A stretch of DNA of 63,938 bases, counting the filler, from Squatina squatina (lineage: Eukaryota), in assembly GCA_031763465.1 (NCBI GenBank). It is 4 parts of 4 records of this genome, joined end to end, with 100 filler letters (N's around TTAATTAATTAA, not from the genome) between each part and the next. Parts side by side here need not be neighbours in the genome. Positions count along the whole stretch, not along the records: positions 51,737 to 63,938 come from JARFOE010000073.1; 3 more parts are not named here. One strand, written 5' to 3'. Each line of letters starts with the position of its first letter. The stretch's first letter is position 1. Of the stretch, positions 59,701 to 63,938 are shown one piece after another. Both the position numbers and the translations under genes were made by a program. The notes under the pieces are model-generated. The model saw only the letters and a program-made list of their open reading frames with translations, did not search any database and was not told where the DNA came from.

Positions 59701-61924
59701 CAGCTTGGTGACTCCAGCAGCTTTCAAGCTACCTGAGAAATGGGACCGGTTTTAACCTTTTTCTGCCATCCGGTGATTGGTGGACAGCTGACCAGGTGGC
59801 TTTTGTGTCCAATAGCCAAGCAAGCAGGTGGAAAACACGGTGGAGGCCATAGTGCATTCATTAGTGTACAGCTGACATACGCTGCCCACATGTAAGAGGG
59901 AGTATTCTGCCCCGATTGAACCAGCCATGGGAAATGGCAGAGGGACACAGAGGTCCTTATAGGCCAGAAATTTGCACTATTCCTGATTTGGAATTCCATG
60001 TCAATTTTTAAAAAGGAAATCATGGAAGAGCTTTTCTTTGGTAAATTCAGCACCTACACAATGTTACCATATGGTGGGCACTGGCGTGGTGTCTTATGAC
60101 TGTAAAAGTAGAGTACTTTGTTACCTTTGTTATTTTTTGTAATTATCCTGTCCATGGCCTATGTTTTTCATGCTGCTCCAATGTTGATCAATGGAAATTA
60201 AAATCGGTTTCTCTAGTGGGGGCCAACCAACATCGCCAGATTATACCAAGGCAGCAAGTTGAAAATCTAGCCCACCATTCCCTCTGAGCAAGTTCATGGG
60301 AAGAGTCACCAGTACAGAAGTATATTTATAGCATTACTTCTTCTCATATTTCAGGCTCTGTAGCTGGAAAGTTCCACACATGAAATATATTTTTAATCAA
60401 TTATTCAAATGGAACCTAATCTTGATAATACCTAGTTTGCATAGTGCCTACATCAACACTTCTATATGGCAATAATTTAAGGTCGAGTGCGCACGGATAC
60501 AAATATTGCTAGTGTCATCTAGTTTATTTTTCAAAAGAAGGAAGGAAGGTCCAGTATAATACTGCCATGAGAGGTATCTGCAAAAAAACAAAAATAACAG
60601 TAAATATTTCTCCTGAAATAATTATTCATTTTGATGACCAGCTTAAAGCAATCTCATAAAATATAATTTACACAGAAACTTATTCAGACTTAATTATAGC
60701 AGTACAGCTGTCTTCCACATTTTTGATTATCAAATAATAGGATGAAAGGTGTAGTGGAGCTACATAATTCATGCTAAACCCACGGTTCATTTTCACTCCC
60801 CTGTGAGTTCAGTGCCTGAGGTAGTATTCAAATCAGACAGCTAAATACCACAATATATTAGTCAGCTTTAGGCTTTTTAAATTAATTGCGACAGAAGGAA
60901 AAATATTCCATTTGAAACTATTTAATGTCTGTTTTGAATCAGGGTTGTTACTAAACAATGCAGTATTTAAATTTGTCAGTGCACTAAAAGTAACTTCAAA
61001 GCAATGGCTAGATTATGATATAGGGGCAAACCTCACTTTTTCCATCATAAACATGCCTGTGGAAAGAGCTATGGATCTGACCTCCCTCTTTTTAAATTGT
61101 TTCTTTAGAATTTACATTCACAATTAACATGTATATTTTTGTGTTCAATTTGTGATTCCATGTCACTCAACCCAACTAAACTCTCAGTTGATCTTAACAT
61201 GCTGGTCTATTTTCGGCACTAATAATCAATAAGTTTTTTGTTCAAACTCTCTCTTTACTCTTTAGGGTGAACCAGATGTAAGATCAACCAAGGTCTTTAG
61301 GCTTTTCTAAATACTTGGTTTTATTAATATTGAAACACAACAGTTTTACAGATAGAGATGCTAACAAATTTAATTAGAAGCGCAACTTGCTAGGCTGCTG
61401 TCTTGTCTTTAACTTGCCCCTTATCTCTGTGAAAGTGCATCGTCTCAGTTAGTCTTCAACAGTCTGAAGTAATAATGTACCTTACAAACTTGGTCAAACT
61501 TTGCAACGTGCCTTCTAAGCAGTCAAGTTTAATGGTTCTGTGTTCTATCTTTTGTTGTTCATACTTTTAGCCAAACTCTGCTCCTTTAGCAAGTGATTAA
61601 TCTCGGGTTTCTAGTGCATCATTTTAGTATCCTTAAAACTGGTATTAAAAATCTATATTGAAAAGTCCAAAGTCCTTCACACGTGAGAAAAGCATAGACA
61701 CATTAAGATTATTTGGCATGGTTGTACTTGCACTGGGAGCTGATGCAGATTCAAGAGTTGAAGGACACCCAATTCTGGGGGGGGGAGGGGTTTGGCGATA
61801 AATTAGCGCTAAATCNNNNNNNNNNNNNNNNNNNNNNNNNNNNNNNNNNNNNNNNNNNNNNNNNNNNNNNNNNNNNNNNNNNNNNNNNNNNNNNNNNNNN
61901 NNNNNNNNNNNNNNNAGACTGACT

Positions 61925-62010
61925 GACTTCACAGCCAATGAAGTACTTTTGGAGGGTAGTCTCTGTTGAAATGCAGGAAATGTGGCAAAATACAGTATTG
62001 CAGCCCAAAG
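61925..62010 (-). mobile_element. SacSINE1/DeuSINE-like fragment
   Basis: ttcacagccaatgaagtacttttgga matches 7125-7190. Confidence 0.6.
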
Positions 62011-63694
62011 GAAGCAGGCACAAGTAAGTGAGTTCTGTGATCCCTCTGTACCCAGTGTGCACCTGCTCTCTCACAGAAACTGCTCCTTGATTGCCAGCAC
62101 GTTGGAAAGCGGAATGGGAGAGAACTGCCAAACAACGGACGTTGCTTAATTGTAATCTTAATTTTAATGCAGAAAGACTGCTGCAGTTATAAAGAGTTAA
62201 TAAAGTGGAACGAAACACAGAGGCAGCAGTGCAAAGACTTTCATTTCTCGCTCAGACCAAACTGAGTCGCTCAATCGCTGTTTTCTGCCAGAGACTAGTT
62301 CCTGAGTGGTGCCTCGGGTTCTTGTAAAGCCCAAATTCCATTTAACAACAAGATATACCACTGAATTATTAAACACCTCAGTGCCACTGAGCAGTAAACA
62401 ATGGCATTACAGTGACTAATGCGTGCCTATTGACTGCAGGGATAGTGTAAAATCTCTCTTTTAAATCCCAGAAAAACTGCAGTTTCAGCTGAGTCTCCCA
62501 AACACCATAACAAAGCAATACAACACAGTCNNNNNNNNNNNNNNNNNNNNNNNNNNNNNNNNNNNNNNNNNNNNNNNNNNNNNNNNNNNNNNNNNNNNNN
62601 NNNNNNNNNNNNNNNNNNNNNNNNNNNNNNGAAATAAAAACATACATACTGAAACGTTGGGAAATGGAGCTCAATCGCCCATCCTTCTAATAATACTATG
62701 AAGCCTTTGCCTATGTTAGGCAGGAGATTTCTACTACCAATGGATCGCTGTCAAATTTGCCAATCTGTCATACGTTGGTTGTAATGAAAAATAAAATTGG
62801 GCTCAACATCTCTGTGAGTCTGGAGCCAAGCATTGATCCCTTCTCCATTTCCTTGTGTTCTGTTTGCAGTATTATCATTTCCTGGTAGGCCTGTGTTATG
62901 GATCTTAAGTCAGAGAGGCCTTGCTGTACAGCTACTTTTAACATTCAGAATGGAAGCGTAGTACCTGTCATGAGTCATCTCTGTGACGCCCATGTTAATA
63001 AGAGTCAAGTGATATGATGGATGGCTTTCATAGTAATGTCACAGCACTTCAGCCAATGGCGTGTGTGTAACTTACACACCGTGCAATTTCTCAAAGTGCA
63101 TGTGATATAAATAATGGATAGCCACAGAACAACATCACAGAACAAGTGATATAATCTCTCAGGGCTGTGCAATCCTTGGCAACTGTGACAGACCTATGAA
63201 TAATTCAGAACTGTTACAGTTGCAATTGGCTGCTATCTTCTGTTGGTCTATGCATACTGTATTAAAAAAAAGCTTCAAGCCGCAGAATATTCTCTTATCT
63301 ACACTACATTAGCCTTTTCATAAAGCAAATGGCAGATTAAATTATTATTTTTTATGTATGAAAATAATGCTGAAAGGCATAAATGAAGCAATGTTTTGGT
63401 TGCTGTGCAAAGCACTGTACAGCATTTAAAGCTGTGTGGTACACCTACTTTCTATAATCAAAGGTATTTTCAAAATAAGCACTTTGGCCTTAAACGTGAT
63501 TGGAATAAGAGGTTTGACGGTATTAATTCTTGAATTTTATTTTCATTCCCTGCTCTTTAGATTGCCCACGTCTTCTTGGTTAAGACAATGTGATCCTACA
63601 TGTCTACCAATGTCAATCTGGAACAATAAGTGTAAGGAGATACACTCAGCACCTGATGGGTGATCGACCTGATGATTTTCCTCCTCCACTGAGC

Positions 63695-63790
63695 TCAACA
63701 TTTCCTACATTGCAGCACTGAACGCACTTCAAAAAGTGTTTCATTGGCTGTAAAGCACATTGGGACACCTGAGGTCATGGAAGGTGTGGG
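63695..63790 (+). mobile_element. SacSINE1/DeuSINE-like 3' fragment
   Basis: tttcctacattgcagca...cacttcaaaaagtgtttcattggctgtaaagcac.ttgggaca.ctgaggt is the reverse complement of 7095-7180. Confidence 0.65.
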
Positions 63791-63938
63791 GTAAATTCCA
63801 GTCTGTCTGTCTGTCTATCCTTTCTTTTTCTTTTTCTTCTTTTTCATCAATGTATCACTATGCACGTCTCTGCATTAAGTGTATCTGCCCATGTCACCAG
63901 TCTGTCTGTGCCCTCTTGAACAAAAGCAAAATACTGCG

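Overview
This window is eukaryotic vertebrate genomic DNA, most likely from a cartilaginous fish (shark). The inference rests on CR1/HE1-type LINE tails, SacSINE1/DeuSINE-like SINEs, Penelope-like repeats and slowly diverging proteins. It is a fragmented draft: short contigs are joined mostly by 100-N gaps. Three artificial N44-TTAATTAATTAA-N44 linkers (17152, 32047, 51681) split the window into four unrelated scaffolds. Scaffold A (1-17107) has the NXNL2 last exon, a FAM222A-like exon, part of S1PR3, a CpG-type promoter and a tRNA-Phe pseudogene. Scaffold B (17208-32002) has exons of RUNDC3B(-), an ABCB1/ABCB4 P-glycoprotein(+), CROT(-), OLAH(+) and NMT2(-). Scaffold C (32103-51636) has the HIPK1 last exon with a long 3' UTR, OLFML3 exon 1(-) and four SYT6 exons(-). 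Scaffold D (51737-63938) has no recognisable host exon, only repeats and unique non-coding DNA. All genes are partial. Gene names and repeat families come from recalled similarity, not from database searches. I found no clearly new biological system. The best leads are a repeated minimal hammerhead-ribozyme-like motif in Penelope-like repeats, a FAM222A-like gene at a locus (NXNL2-S1PR3) where mammals have none, and several synteny or orientation differences from human.
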